This document shows, one piece after another, positions 36,401 through 47,071 of a stretch of 64,000 nucleotides of DNA. The notes under the pieces are model-generated. The model had not been told where the DNA came from. It ran no database searches and worked only from the letters and a program-made list of their open reading frames with translations. The stretch covers positions 248,001-312,000 of the forward strand of contig JAKMXF010000255.1 of the NCBI GenBank assembly GCA_024704765.1, read 5' to 3'. Made by a program: the position numbers and the translations under genes. Every line of letters starts with the position of its first letter. Positions within the stretch are counted from its first letter, which is position 1. Source of the DNA: Oopsacas minuta (taxonomy: Eukaryota > Animalia > Porifera).

Positions 36401-36779
36401 TGTAGCTATAACATCAATGCAATCAATCCGATATTAATATACCTGTAACGGATTTATCTCTCAAATACTTAGATCTATTGGAAGCTTGCTTTACAAGGGA
36501 ATTCCTGTTAGAATAACGTGTAGAATGTTTGTGTTGTGCCATAGTATGCTGCTTCGTGACAAGAAATGGTGAAGAATGTATTTTAGGTAGAAATGTATTG
36601 TTGTTACTTTGTTGTTGTTGTGTGTTGATATTATTAGTTACATGCATATTGTTGAGTAAGAGATGAGGGTCTATATTAGCTTGTGGGACTATACTACAGG
36701 TACTAGGGGGTGGAGGAATGAGATCCTTTGTACTCCCATCCGATATTGAGACTAGAGAATTTACACCTGGAAGTGTCAT
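18467..36779 (-). CDS. Divergent axonemal dynein heavy chain-like gene (DNHD1/DNAH14-like by eye), more than 20 exons
   Basis: Collinear exon ORFs: linker (FQQKWTELEAIF, YLENKRSIFGRLYFLS), AAA1 (RLVMTPLTER, GKTGTGKTET, HYNFGMR), AAA2 (GESGTGKT, WIVFDGP, NPALDD), AAA3, AAA4, stalk/MTBD (LKKSDIVEIRRYAHPP), AAA5 (RWPLIIDPQQLANKWI), AAA6/C-terminus (LLFSLCFFNAII, LGWNFPYDF). GT-AG introns lie between them. The 5' end is tentative. Confidence 0.85.
23530..23697. mobile_element. Family A MITE in a dynein intron
   Basis: TA-CAGTCAAAACTCTGTTATATCGAA ... TTCGATATAACAGGAGTTGAACG-TA. Confidence 0.7.
25997..26077. mobile_element. Short family A MITE in a dynein intron
   Basis: AGTCAACTCCGCTTCTATCGAAGT ... 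ACTTCGATATAGCAGGTGTTGACTG-TA. Confidence 0.65.
28247..28330. mobile_element. 84-bp mini-MITE, family B, in a dynein intron
   Basis: TA-CAGTAGACTCCGTTCTATAGGGTCAC ... GTGACTCTATTGAATGGAATCTATTG-TA; a related left end lies near 11973. Confidence 0.6.
28425..28502. mobile_element. Degenerate family A MITE in a dynein intron
   Basis: TA-CAGTCAACTCCCGTAATATCG with a decayed right end. Confidence 0.55.
32195..32375. mobile_element. Family A MITE in a dynein intron
   Basis: TA-CAGTCAACTCCCATCATATCGAA ... TTCGATATAACGGGACTTCACTG-TA. Confidence 0.75.
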
Positions 36780-37022
36780 ACTTCACCTAACTTGATTTTC
36801 TTCTGGGAAAATTATTTATAGCTAATCTATTGACAGATACAAATCTGGATTGAAACAATTCTTCTATTAGAAGAATTGTTTCTAAAACAAAATTGACTCT
36901 GAGTCCATGAAATAACTTGCTATTAGGCGAACACCATTGTAATTACATGTATGTAACCTTTGGAGCGTTTCTAAACAGATTAAACACATTCACAAGGAAA
37001 TGCGAAACAAAACATAATTCGA

Positions 37023-38048
37023 TTAAGTGATGCCAAATCCCTTCTTAACCTTCTCATACGAATATATAACAGATTTCCACAAACCAGCAGTCAATATACC
37101 CTTAGCACTCTGTGATACACTAGTAATAGCAATAATCTCTTCTAAAGATAAAGCTATTCCATCTGATAAATTCTCCACATTTTTATCAGAAATAGTCTGT
37201 ACAAAATCTTCTAATTTTAAAGTTCTATAATAGACTTGAGCCCATCCAATCTTGGATGCTAGTCTATGAAGTAGAGTTAATGGAAGTCTTGATATATGTA
37301 GTTTAGTTCGATGTATTGACTTGTCTTGTATTACGTCATCATCCGTATTGATGTGTATACAATGATTAAATGTACCGTATAGCTTAGAATCGTATAGCTG
37401 TTTAAATGCAGAATAGTTAGCGGTGACTATATTATCTACTTTATTTGAATCTTCTGCTATACCCATCCGTATATCCCCCTTGTATGAAATACCTGTGATA
37501 GAACGGAACAGATCTTTCAAGTTAAAAGTTTCAGGTAACATTAATAATGCAGTCCTAATAGCTGATGATAAATTCAGACTAGAAGCAGTATTCAATTCAG
37601 GACATATGTCCATTAACAATACTGGTTTATGCATACGACCACTGACATATATAGTACTCCATTCTTCTAGATCTTTCTTTAAGCTAGCGACAGAAATAAC
37701 TCCGTATTTAATCAAGCTATCCAAACCTTGTAGTTTAATGAAAGGGTTATAGTAAACACCTGCAGCTGCCCTCTGTATTCTGTAGAGATTAGAGGTAGAG
37801 AGATATCTAGCAAATGAGTAGTGATCGGGATTAGTTATAATATTTTCTGTATGCCATTTCATAGGATCATCTACTGCGAATAAAATATCTAGCATTTTAC
37901 CTTTTGATCTTCCTGATTGAGCAAAAGCTCCAGAACCATAAATGAGTGTTAATTTGGTAGCAGGGAAGGTTTCTTTCAACAAAACAAGTAACTGTTTTGA
38001 GTTATGCAGAAGCGACATAGGTTGTAAGGATAAACACAACTTATCCAA
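37023..38048 (-). CDS. TAMM41: Mitochondrial phosphatidate cytidylyltransferase Tam41; first ATG at 38018
   Basis: YGSGAFAQ, MLDILFAVDDP, NPDHYS, GVYYN, IKYGVIS, IYVSGRMHKPV and YKGDIRM. Confidence 0.92.
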   Translation of the reverse strand: MDKLCLSLQPMSLLHNSKQLLVLLKETFPATKLTLIYGSGAFAQSGRSKGKMLDILFAVDDPMKWHTENIITNPDHYSFARYLSTSNLYRIQRAAAGVYYNPFIKLQGLDSLIKYGVISVASLKKDLEEWSTIYVSGRMHKPVLLMDICPELNTASSLNLSSAIRTALLMLPETFNLKDLFRSITGISYKGDIRMGIAEDSNKVDNIVTANYSAFKQLYDSKLYGTFNHCIHINTDDDVIQDKSIHRTKLHISRLPLTLLHRLASKIGWAQVYYRTLKLEDFVQTISDKNVENLSDGIALSLEEIIAITSVSQSAKGILTAGLWKSVIYSYEKVKKGFGIT

Positions 38049-38097
38049 AGGAACAGCTAAATGAATATACCACCAATTATTTTAAAAACATTAACTA

Positions 38098-38203
38098 CAG
38101 TCAACTCCCGTTATATAGAAGCTGAAGGGACCGCGACGATTACTTTGAAGGTTTGACACCTTATACGTACAATTTCATAATTCGATATAGCGGGAGTTTG
38201 ATG
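38098..38203. mobile_element. Family A MITE between RMC1 and TAMM41
   Basis: TA-CAGTCAACTCCCGTTATATAGAAGCTGAAGGGACCGCG ... TTCGATATAGCGGGAGTT. Confidence 0.65.
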
Positions 38204-38367
38204 AAATTAACTCAACAAAATAAATAGGGAAACCCACAAAAAAAAGAATCGAGTAATTTTGTATTGAATAAAATAGAATTAAATAATATTCACTATATGT
38301 ATTATAGACTCAGATATACAAACAGTAACATCTAATGTACCAATAATATCCACAGATATCCTCTCTC

Positions 38368-40350
38368 TCAACTACGTCTCTCTGTCTTGCGTTCATAAAT
38401 AGTAGGAGAAGCAGCTGATTTAGGGAATAGCTCATTATACAACTCTTCATAAGACAGACAATGCTCATCAGTAGGAAAATGAGCGTTCTTACGTAATCGT
38501 ATATTCCTCTCTTCAAAGAATTTGTACACAGTATGGAACAACATCTTATCTTTAGTCTTTGCAGCTGCGTCTAGAAATAGTCGAGAAGATACCACATCAG
38601 TCTTCCCAATAGATCTAATGTATCTTAATGCAGGTAGAATCTGATTATGTGACAACAACACCTCGATTATTTCTTCATCAGCTGTTGACAGACGTTTAAA
38701 CATATCCAGAGCTAATTGCAAAGCAGGACGATATTCCCTCTCAAAAGCTAACAACACACAAGCTATAGGCTTGCTATCTGCTATAACATGATACTGTAAT
38801 AACTGGTGTAACTGGCCAAAAGCACGTTGCCTTACTAGAATACTTAAAACCATTTCAAACAAGTAATGCTCTACCTCTTGATCATGTTGATGTAATGATC
38901 TAATATATTCCATAAGGACTGATACAACAAACTTGTGGTCATCAACCATGGATGCTTCTAATGCAGAGAAAACCTGTCTATACATTTCTTCTTGTGATAT
39001 AACACTCAAAATCTGTGTGGGAACGTCTCTAAATGGATTACTCAAAGCCGCGCGGCTTTTCTTGCGTACAAATGCATCATTAATCCTATCCAACACCCTG
39101 GCTATAGTAACGATAGATGACTGTCTACCTGGTATTAGAGATTGACTAATTACTGACATAATTATAGATTGGCTCTCTTGTCTACGTAGAAGGAATTCAA
39201 TCAGTTTAACCTTGTCAAACATGACTTGACAGATGACGTCAAGTTTGAGTGATACTTCCATGTACCGCCCCCACTTTACATCTAGTACAATATGAGGGGG
39301 GAAGGTTATCCAATTTTGAGAGTACATTTCTTTGGACATATTATCCGAAAAGCCTGCCTTAACTGGAAACCTCTCTAAATTCGATCCTGATCCGATGGGG
39401 CGAGGCGTGGCCATGGGGAGAGGGGGTACGATAGGGCCTATGACTTTTGCACCCCGTAATATAGTATGACCAAGTTGACATACATCGAATAGCATTGATA
39501 TCTTAGAGCCCTGGTGATGTACTACAAGCAAGTTATCTAGAGTATTAAGTGCGAATATCCCACTCACATCCATTTTAAGGATGTGTGTAAGAGAAGGGGT
39601 TGGTCCCTGTTCCAAGCGATACAATAACATGTAAGCACCTGATTCAGGGCCTTCTGCATTGTTCTTAATTATTACTAGATATAATTGTAAGTACAGGGAT
39701 ACCAGGGATATTTGTCCAGCAGATACACCATTGAATTTCTCTTGTTGATTTGTAAGCGGACAGTCAACATCAAAATCAGGAATGCGAGATATTAGAGCAC
39801 CACGTTTGAATAGAAATGTATGTAGTGTCAGGCTAGAAGGGTTAGGAGATGGGAATATCAGTACTTTCTCATGAGAGTTATAATAAAACCAACGCATAAC
39901 ACGTACGTTATGAGACTTACAGAGTTTAAGCTTGAATTGTTCATGTAACCAGGTGTAATATTCAAATCCTGAATTAGTAATAATAACCAGTTCGTTAGGA
40001 TCTGTCCAGTAGAATTGTTCTATTTGCTGTTTCCCTTTTGAAGAATGGCTATACACTTTTGGGTGTTCTCCACTCTTGAAAGATACGAAATCTATATTTT
40101 TATTATGTCTCAGAACCCCGAGAACTTCCTGATTAGGAGAGAACTTAATTGATTGGATTAAGCCACCTACATGAGGAACTGTTACTTTAACGTTAAGTTT
40201 GTCTTCTGGACCACGGATAACAACCTCAGAACCTCCGCTCTTCAGAACTAATATTTGGTTATTGACTTCATCATAGAAGACGTTCTTTACTTTAGAAATA
40301 GGTTCAAACGTCATAGAAGGTATCTGTATTAATTCTATGTAGTGTGACAT
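38368..40350 (-). CDS. RMC1: Regulator of MON1-CCZ1 complex (C18orf8/Mic1), intronless
   Basis: N-terminal VFYDEVNNQI and IKFSP; Mic1 domain VLMEYIRSL, LHQLLQYHVIADSKPIACVLL, FEERNIRLR. Confidence 0.9.
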   Translation of the reverse strand: MSHYIELIQIPSMTFEPISKVKNVFYDEVNNQILVLKSGGSEVVIRGPEDKLNVKVTVPHVGGLIQSIKFSPNQEVLGVLRHNKNIDFVSFKSGEHPKVYSHSSKGKQQIEQFYWTDPNELVIITNSGFEYYTWLHEQFKLKLCKSHNVRVMRWFYYNSHEKVLIFPSPNPSSLTLHTFLFKRGALISRIPDFDVDCPLTNQQEKFNGVSAGQISLVSLYLQLYLVIIKNNAEGPESGAYMLLYRLEQGPTPSLTHILKMDVSGIFALNTLDNLLVVHHQGSKISMLFDVCQLGHTILRGAKVIGPIVPPLPMATPRPIGSGSNLERFPVKAGFSDNMSKEMYSQNWITFPPHIVLDVKWGRYMEVSLKLDVICQVMFDKVKLIEFLLRRQESQSIIMSVISQSLIPGRQSSIVTIARVLDRINDAFVRKKSRAALSNPFRDVPTQILSVISQEEMYRQVFSALEASMVDDHKFVVSVLMEYIRSLHQHDQEVEHYLFEMVLSILVRQRAFGQLHQLLQYHVIADSKPIACVLLAFEREYRPALQLALDMFKRLSTADEEIIEVLLSHNQILPALRYIRSIGKTDVVSSRLFLDAAAKTKDKMLFHTVYKFFEERNIRLRKNAHFPTDEHCLSYEELYNELFPKSAASPTIYERKTERRS

Positions 40351-40375
40351 GGCTAAATTTATAGGATCAAAAAAG
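40351..40375 (-). promoter_or_regulatory. 3' splice-acceptor-like site 2 nt before the RMC1 ATG
   Basis: Minus strand reads CTTTTTTGATCCTATAAATTTAG|ccATG. Confidence 0.5.
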
Positions 40376-40722
40376 TTATCAAATGAACTCTCGTGATCAA
40401 CATACCGTATAAGGAGTACAATAGTAAGGGATTACCATATAAGGAGCGAATGAGAGAGCTGGGCCCATCGACCCCTTAGTAGTCCACGGGAGACAGTAGG
40501 GGGTCCAAAGAATATACGAAAATTGGTATAGGAGGTTTACGGGTGAAAAGGTTCGGAACAGCTGGTTTAGTTCCCAAATTTTCAATACACCCAGTGATCA
40601 TTTGTATTATTATACTGGATTCAATATTGAATCACATACATACGCATACCTACATATTTAATAAGGGAAGTCAATAATCGATTATTCATAAACATACTCA
40701 CCAAATTGGAAAACAGACACAG

Positions 40723-42906
40723 TTAGTTCTTATCAGCTTGCTTCACAGCTTGTACACACTGAGCCATAGTCTTAGAAGCTCTACTTATAGGGTCTGTCAT
40801 GTAGAAGTCTGCTAGCGAATTCAACTTAACAGAGATTGGAGTTTGATAAGGTTTGTGCTTCGGTGATGTCCTATACAACAACTCTACACATAGACTATGG
40901 AAGCATGAGTCTTGCTTAGTATCTATATTAACTAGTGTAGGAGATATCTCTGCCATTCTCTCCCTCAACTCATCTATATTATCATATGCTAACGTATGTC
41001 CTGCATACTCTGAAAGGGCACGAATAATAGACCAGTCATCACGTGCCTCTCCAGGGGGCTTAACCGCAGCCTGTGTGACCTGAGCACGTCCCTCTGTATT
41101 CACATATGTAGCTTCCTTCTCAGTGTATGCAGCCCCTGGTAGAATGACGTCAGCAATATGAGCACCTTTGTCCCCATGATGTCCCTGATACACAACAAGA
41201 CAGTCAGTAGGAAGTTGATCTCGTGTGACGTCAACAGAATCAGCTGACAGCAAGTAAAGCAAACGTGTAGATGAGAGATCAGGTAGGTCAGCTGTATTAT
41301 ACCCGATATCCATAGACCCTACCTGACTAGCTGTTGTATGTAGATAGTTAACAATCTTCCAATCTGATCCATGTACAGGACTCAATCGAGACAACATATA
41401 TATCTGATTATTAATATAAGCTCCATCATCACGAGCTAACACACCCTCACCTACTATTATAACAGGCTTAGCAGCTCTAGAGAACTTCTTGCCAAATGGA
41501 TGTGTACCTCTAATCATACCTGAGAATACAGCTGGGTCATCACCTAGATGTTCATGTTGGTAGCTCAGATCCATATAAGGTCCTATTACAGCTATCTCAC
41601 ATTCATTATGTATATACCCTTTACGGATACGAGCGTTAATTAGGGTAGCTTCGTATCTAGGATTAGTTCCTACAAGGAGAATCAGGTCAGCTTCCTCTAG
41701 TGCGGATATACCTGCTCGTAGGATGTAGCCAGAACGTAGGTCATTACCACATGACCCGATATGTACAGGTGTCTCTGAGTAGAGAGATTCACTGCCTAGC
41801 TTGTTGAATAGATCTTTAAGACACACCATGGATTCGCAATCAGCCAGAGCACCAGCTACTCCAACAACCTCGTTAGCAGGGTTCTGTATAGACACGAGTT
41901 TACCACTAACCCTAGATAGAACATCCTCCCATGAGCAACTCCTCAACTGACCAGTAGCATCTCTAGCAAGTGGTACGGTTAGACGCTGAGCGAAAAGACC
42001 GTCAAACGCGAACCTAGTTTTATCAGAAATCCATTCTTCATTGACACTTTCATTGAGTCTAGGTAGAATACGCATTACATGTTCACCCCGTGTATTAACT
42101 ACTATATTACTCCCTACACCATCTAGTACATCAATACTCTCAGTACGACGTAGCTCCCAAGAACGGTATGTGAATGCGTAAGGCTTAGCTGTTAGTGCTC
42201 CAACTGGACATAAGTCTATTACATTCCCTGATAACTCTGATTTGAACATCTTCTCAACATATGTACCCACCTGCATATCACCTCCCCTACCAGTTGTACC
42301 CAAATCCTGGACCCCTGCTATCTCCCCAGCAAATCGTATACACCGTGTACAATGGATACATCGGGTCATAATGGTCTTTATAAGAGGACCAACCTCTTTA
42401 TCTTCAACAGCTCGCTTTCCTCCAAACGCATTATCTACAAATCTGCTCCTGTCACTGCCAAATGCCATGCTCTGGTCCTGTAGGTCACATTCTCCCCCCT
42501 GATCACAAATAGGACAATCAAGCGGATGGTTAACAAGCAAGAACTCCATTACTCCCTCTCTAGCACGTTTGCTTATATCAGAGTGTGGATGTACTTTCAT
42601 TCCTTCCATGACTGGCATAGCACAAGAGGCAATAGGCTTAGCACTCTTCTCAACCTCTACTAGACACATTCTACAGTTCCCTGCTACTGAGAGACGTTCA
42701 TGATAACAGTACCGTGGGATCTCTACCCCCGCTACTGCACATGCCTGTAGCACAGTAGTACCAGGCTCTACCTGTACCATTTTATCGTCTATCCATACTG
42801 AGAGTAGTTTAGGTGCTTCTTGTACCTGTAGGAGACGAGGACTCTGTGAGAGGGACCTGTTATACCTCGGGAGGAATACCCTACGGAGGAGGGCACGAGC
42901 TAGCAT
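40723..42906 (-). CDS. NDUFS1: NADH:ubiquinone oxidoreductase 75-kDa Fe-S subunit, intronless
   Basis: [58 protein letters not shown] and a mitochondrial-type presequence. Confidence 0.97.
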   Translation of the reverse strand: MLARALLRRVFLPRYNRSLSQSPRLLQVQEAPKLLSVWIDDKMVQVEPGTTVLQACAVAGVEIPRYCYHERLSVAGNCRMCLVEVEKSAKPIASCAMPVMEGMKVHPHSDISKRAREGVMEFLLVNHPLDCPICDQGGECDLQDQSMAFGSDRSRFVDNAFGGKRAVEDKEVGPLIKTIMTRCIHCTRCIRFAGEIAGVQDLGTTGRGGDMQVGTYVEKMFKSELSGNVIDLCPVGALTAKPYAFTYRSWELRRTESIDVLDGVGSNIVVNTRGEHVMRILPRLNESVNEEWISDKTRFAFDGLFAQRLTVPLARDATGQLRSCSWEDVLSRVSGKLVSIQNPANEVVGVAGALADCESMVCLKDLFNKLGSESLYSETPVHIGSCGNDLRSGYILRAGISALEEADLILLVGTNPRYEATLINARIRKGYIHNECEIAVIGPYMDLSYQHEHLGDDPAVFSGMIRGTHPFGKKFSRAAKPVIIVGEGVLARDDGAYINNQIYMLSRLSPVHGSDWKIVNYLHTTASQVGSMDIGYNTADLPDLSSTRLLYLLSADSVDVTRDQLPTDCLVVYQGHHGDKGAHIADVILPGAAYTEKEATYVNTEGRAQVTQAAVKPPGEARDDWSIIRALSEYAGHTLAYDNIDELRERMAEISPTLVNIDTKQDSCFHSLCVELLYRTSPKHKPYQTPISVKLNSLADFYMTDPISRASKTMAQCVQAVKQADKN

Positions 42907-43111
42907 CTCTACTGAGAATGTTCCCCATAAGTATATGATAATTTAGCCGCATAAATATACTGCAAATTTTGCAGGTTCCTTGAGTGGCGGGTATAAGTGG
43001 ATACTGTGTATAAAAACACCGGATATAAGCACAATCCTCGAGTAAACTGTATGCAGGTTATAAGAACATGTATTACTACTCCCAATAGTGTTTGTATAAC
43101 CGGTGTGAGAG

Positions 43112-43435
43112 GTAATCCTATTCCCCCAAACATTATTCACTAGTGAATGATGTTTAGGGAAACATCATTCCTAGGAAACCCTGTTTCTCCGAGTGTTTCC
43201 CCTTGCACACTTAACGACACAAACGCGGGTCCAAGATCCAACTATAATCCAATGAAAATCCACACAGGCTATCCAAATAGTGAGTTAGAATCACACTTAG
43301 CAACACGTACGCGGGCTAAGAAAATGGGAACAAGTATTCCGTAGGGAATCCTGTTTCCCTAAACATTATTCAATAATGAATAATGTTCAGAGGAACAGGA
43401 TTCCCTACGGAATAGTGTTTGGGGGAACAAGATTC
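43112..43435. repeat. Fold-back element built from AATCCTGTTTCCCTAAACATTATTCA-like modules
   Basis: Terminal inverted copies (AATCCTATTCCCCCAAACA / TGTTTGGGGGAACAAGATT) and an internal 38-bp-arm hairpin at 43335-43414. Confidence 0.65.
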
Positions 43436-43790
43436 AGTATGACACCTACACCCACAGTACTGATATTCGACTGTATAGTTTAGAACTAACCGTCTATACA
43501 TAACATTCCTTCAGTCAACTTATCGTCAGAATAATCAGAGAGGGCAAGTTAATATCATCACTAGGAATGTAAAATACAGAAAGTAACATATCTCAAATGT
43601 ATAGTAACACCCAAAGCTCTAGAGATGGTCTTATAAAAATCCAACCAAATCAAAGTGCAAAGAAAGAAAGAAATTTATAAGAGATAATAGTTTAGATGAC
43701 GTAGGTAATTTACAACTTTTTGAAATCAGTAATATGCAAGTGATATAATTGTCTAATAATTATCGAACTAGCTAGTTAGCTAGCTAGCTA

Positions 43791-44300
43791 TCAAAATAGA
43801 TTAGTTTTCTTCATAATCCGAAGAAATTCAGCCTCATTAATCTCTCCGTCTCCATCTTGATCAGCTTCATCTATCATTTCTTGTAACTCTTCATCAGTCA
43901 TGTTTTCTCCCAGTTCCTTCGCTACCCGCTTCAAATTTTTAAATGATATCTTACCAGTAGAATCGTCATCAAACAACTTGAAAGCTTTCAGCACTTCTTC
44001 CTTAGAATCTTTCTCAGACATTTTTACAGTCATAATCTGTAGAAATTCATTGAAATCAATCTGACCAGTGCTGTCCTTGTCCAGGTCAGCGATTAATTTC
44101 TTAATCTCCTCTCTCTTAGGTTCAAACCCCAAGGCTCTCATAGCTACCTTCAACTCCTTAACATCTATTGAACCTGATCCGTCAGTGTCAAACAGATCGA
44201 ATGCTTCTCTAACCTCTTGTTTCTGCTCCTCGGTAAGTTCAGATCTAGGAGCTTGCTTCTTCTTTGTTGTGAGAGCTCCTTTCCTGGATGGTACAGCCAT
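43791..44300 (-). CDS. CETN2: Centrin (caltractin), intronless
   Basis: [31 protein letters not shown], four EF-hands and the C-terminus IMKKTNLF. Centrin 1/2 clade. Confidence 0.9.
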   Translation of the reverse strand: MAVPSRKGALTTKKKQAPRSELTEEQKQEVREAFDLFDTDGSGSIDVKELKVAMRALGFEPKREEIKKLIADLDKDSTGQIDFNEFLQIMTVKMSEKDSKEEVLKAFKLFDDDSTGKISFKNLKRVAKELGENMTDEELQEMIDEADQDGDGEINEAEFLRIMKKTNLF

Positions 44301-44644
44301 TATTAGTGCAATAAATTATAATCTAACTAACGTAATTCAAATTTGATACAAGAGGGAACCAAAACCAAGAGGTAGGAGACATAGGGAATATATTTCCACA
44401 AGTACATTCTTTCAAAATTTGCTTAGTCACCAAAGAGTAATAGTAACTCAAAATATCAAAGTAAAGCTATAAACACATTAATAACTTCTACGTAGTTGTG
44501 ACATAAACAACCCAATATTCATGCTAGCCCTGTTATAATTTGAGAATGCCTAGCATATTTCTGGCATAATTAGAAAAATATGGCAAAATTCTAGATAATA
44601 GCATTAGGAAAGAATTATTCGTGGTTTTTACAATTATGCAGTAG

Positions 44645-44960
44645 CAACACTTTCCAACCAGTTATAACACATTCTAATAGCTTCCAACAAATTCACACAC
44701 TTATCAGACTAGTTCCGAAACATCCCAACCGGTTCTGATACTTTCCAACGTGTTCCGACACCCTCCAATTAGTTTCGACACTTTACAACCAGTAGGAACA
44801 CTTTCCGATAGTCTCCAACAAATTCACACACTTTTCTAAATAATTCAGACACTTTCCAACCGGTTGGACACTATCAAATAGTTTTCATTACTAGTTCCAA
44901 TATATTCAGACCAGAACAAACGCATTGCAATAGTTACCAATAAATTCACACATTGGTAGA
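44645..44960. repeat. Degenerate minisatellite (ACACTTTCCAACCRGTT-like units)
   Basis: Recurring acactttccaacc, tccaacaaattcacacac and gttccga motifs at roughly 20-nt spacing. Confidence 0.6.
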
Positions 44961-45492
44961 AACTGTAGGAAACTGCTGGTACCATACCAATGGGGATGCT
45001 GTACATATCATTCTGAATACTCAAATTGAAGAGTTTCATTTCAATATTAGAAATTTCGGGTATCTTACTATCCCAACACTATAACATAATGTGATCCACA
45101 TCTAAGCTAAACTCTAGAACTCACTAGTAAGCTTAGATCAAATACAAATATAGCACAAATTGATTTAACACAAGCCAGCTTTACTCCTTAATTAATTATA
45201 AATGAATTGGTTCCAAAAATGGAACAACCAGAACTAACTAAGTCAGGACCAGAACTAATAGACCAAGTGGCTGAATGAAAAGTATAAAAGAAAACAAAAA
45301 CGTAAATATGCACAAAAAAAGAAATCAAAATGGGACACAACATACACAAACACGATAAAGATCAGGAAACAGATCAGAGCTATGGTCCTACAAATACAAA
45401 GTAGGTTTCATTAAATACATAATCGTTATCTGTGCGAAATTCTTAGTAAATATATTATAAATTAAAGGGAATCTCATAACTTTAGAACTACA

Positions 45493-45558
45493 CTTAGGAA
45501 CATATGAAGTTATACCGCTATCCCTGAGAATAGCGGTATAACCTCATATGTCCCTAAG
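45493..45558. repeat. Hairpin with 29-bp arms and an 8-nt loop
   Basis: CTTAGGAACATATGAAGTTATACCGCTAT-ccctgaga-ATAGCGGTATAACCTCATATGTCCCTAAG, 2 mismatches. Confidence 0.85.
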
Positions 45559-45642
45559 TCCTAGTAGTTGAATTGTATTGAAATTATTAGACTAAATGTA
45601 TGTATTATATACGTATCTTTAATTATAGTTCAAGAAGGGTTG

Positions 45643-46125
45643 GTGATATGTGGAAAGGTGAATTGGTCCTTAGAACCCCCTCAAAATTGGCCGGAGGGGG
45701 TTCCATTCATTAATCCAAAATACTTAAAGATACCGGACCTGGTGAAGGTGAAAAGAAATTTAACAAGTGAGTTATATATTATCCATGAATTCTTATAAGA
45801 ATGTACCGTATATATAATAATTATAATTATTTTTCTATTCTACAGGCTGAGGATTATACTAAGAGTGATAGTGATTTGTGTGTTGTAATGTTATTAAGTA
45901 AATATTGAATTTATTGTATTAGAAAATTATTTTGTTTCAATGTATGTATTGATATACGTATATATCAATACATACATTGAAACAAAATAATATTTTGGTG
46001 CTATGTGGAAAGGTGAATTGGTCCTTAGAACCCCCTCAAAAGTGGCCGGAGGGGGTTCCATATATAAAGCCAAAATATTTAAGATACCTGACCTGGTGAA
46101 GGTAAAAAGAGGTTTAACTAGTTGA
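45643..46125. repeat. Two direct repeats of about 125 bp (45643-45770 and 45998-46125) flanking a perfect 30-bp-arm palindrome (45927-45990)
   Basis: ATGTGGAAAGGTGAATTGGTCCTTAGAACCCCCTCAAAA..GCCGGAGGGGGTTCCAT occurs twice; the palindrome is TTATTTTGTTTCAATGTATGTATTGATATA-cgta-reverse complement. Confidence 0.85.
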
Positions 46126-46140
46126 GGATAAGATTAGAGA

Positions 46141-46596
46141 TTATTTGTGTATTGTAATGTACACAAATAACTTAATTACTTTAGGTGGAGCTACCTTAAT
46201 GGCATTGCCGTAAATGTCTAGAGTAAATGAAGGAATATCTATCTTGTTGTCGTAATAGTGACGGATTTCTTTGAAAACTCCGTTATGTACTTCTTTCAAC
46301 AACTTATCTTCCTTATTCTTGTTTACAAGATACTTTAGTGATCTGCTGTCTTTGTGTAACATAAAAAGCCCCACGAAAGTGAACGTTACAATCCCTTCTA
46401 CGATAGCGTAACAATGTTCCATTTCATTGCATTTTGATTTTATATCATCTGCACCCATGGTTTCCAACTTGTCCCAAGCTATTGCATACTCCAAATCTAG
46501 CCTATTGAGTCTTGTGTCATACTCTTTACGAGTGATTATTTTGGCTCGAAGTATGGCACTAAGCTGAATCATCATAAATTTAAGTGGATCGTCCAT
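46141..46596 (-). CDS. Orphan 151-aa ORF, no family recognised
   Basis: Open frame with AAAATG start context and a TATAAAA motif about 65-70 nt upstream; possible GTAATT donor near 46179. Confidence 0.45.
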   Translation of the reverse strand: MDDPLKFMMIQLSAILRAKIITRKEYDTRLNRLDLEYAIAWDKLETMGADDIKSKCNEMEHCYAIVEGIVTFTFVGLFMLHKDSRSLKYLVNKNKEDKLLKEVHNGVFKEIRHYYDNKIDIPSFTLDIYGNAIKVAPPKVIKLFVYITIHK

Positions 46597-47071
46597 TTTG
46601 TTGAGTTTTCAAGATTTAGTTGACAGTTTGATTAGATTAGAATAGAAATTCTGAGTAGTAGTTTTTATACAAATACGTTAGTACGTATGTTAACCAACAT
46701 TCTATGAAGGAAGAAAATATTTTATCAGTTATAGTTGTACATAATTTGATATTCACAATTATTATACGAAAATTCTGAATTCATTGGAAACATGCATTAA
46801 TTTGAAAGAGAATTGTGTACATAATTTTTGTATATTTAATAAAAATAATAATAATATTTCTGAAGAATTATTAGTAATACATTGTTTGTAGTAATTGATC
46901 ATTTCCACAGATAATATCTATTACAGTGGAATCACCGAAGCGGTACACAGATCAATGCTACAATAAACATATCAGGGCCGTTGGAGCCAGGCAATTGGTA
47001 TAACAATAGCTGTAACGCATTAGCTAATTAAACATTACACGCCCTTAGCATCATAATATATTAAAATTTAA

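Noticed and set aside
36852-36882. 14-bp-arm AT-rich palindrome between TAMM41 and the dynein start
   Set aside because: Short, AT-rich and single copy; there is no further support for function.
44645-46125. CRISPR-like array
   Set aside because: The repeats are degenerate or only two-copy, lack unique constant-length spacers, and the context is eukaryotic with no cas genes.
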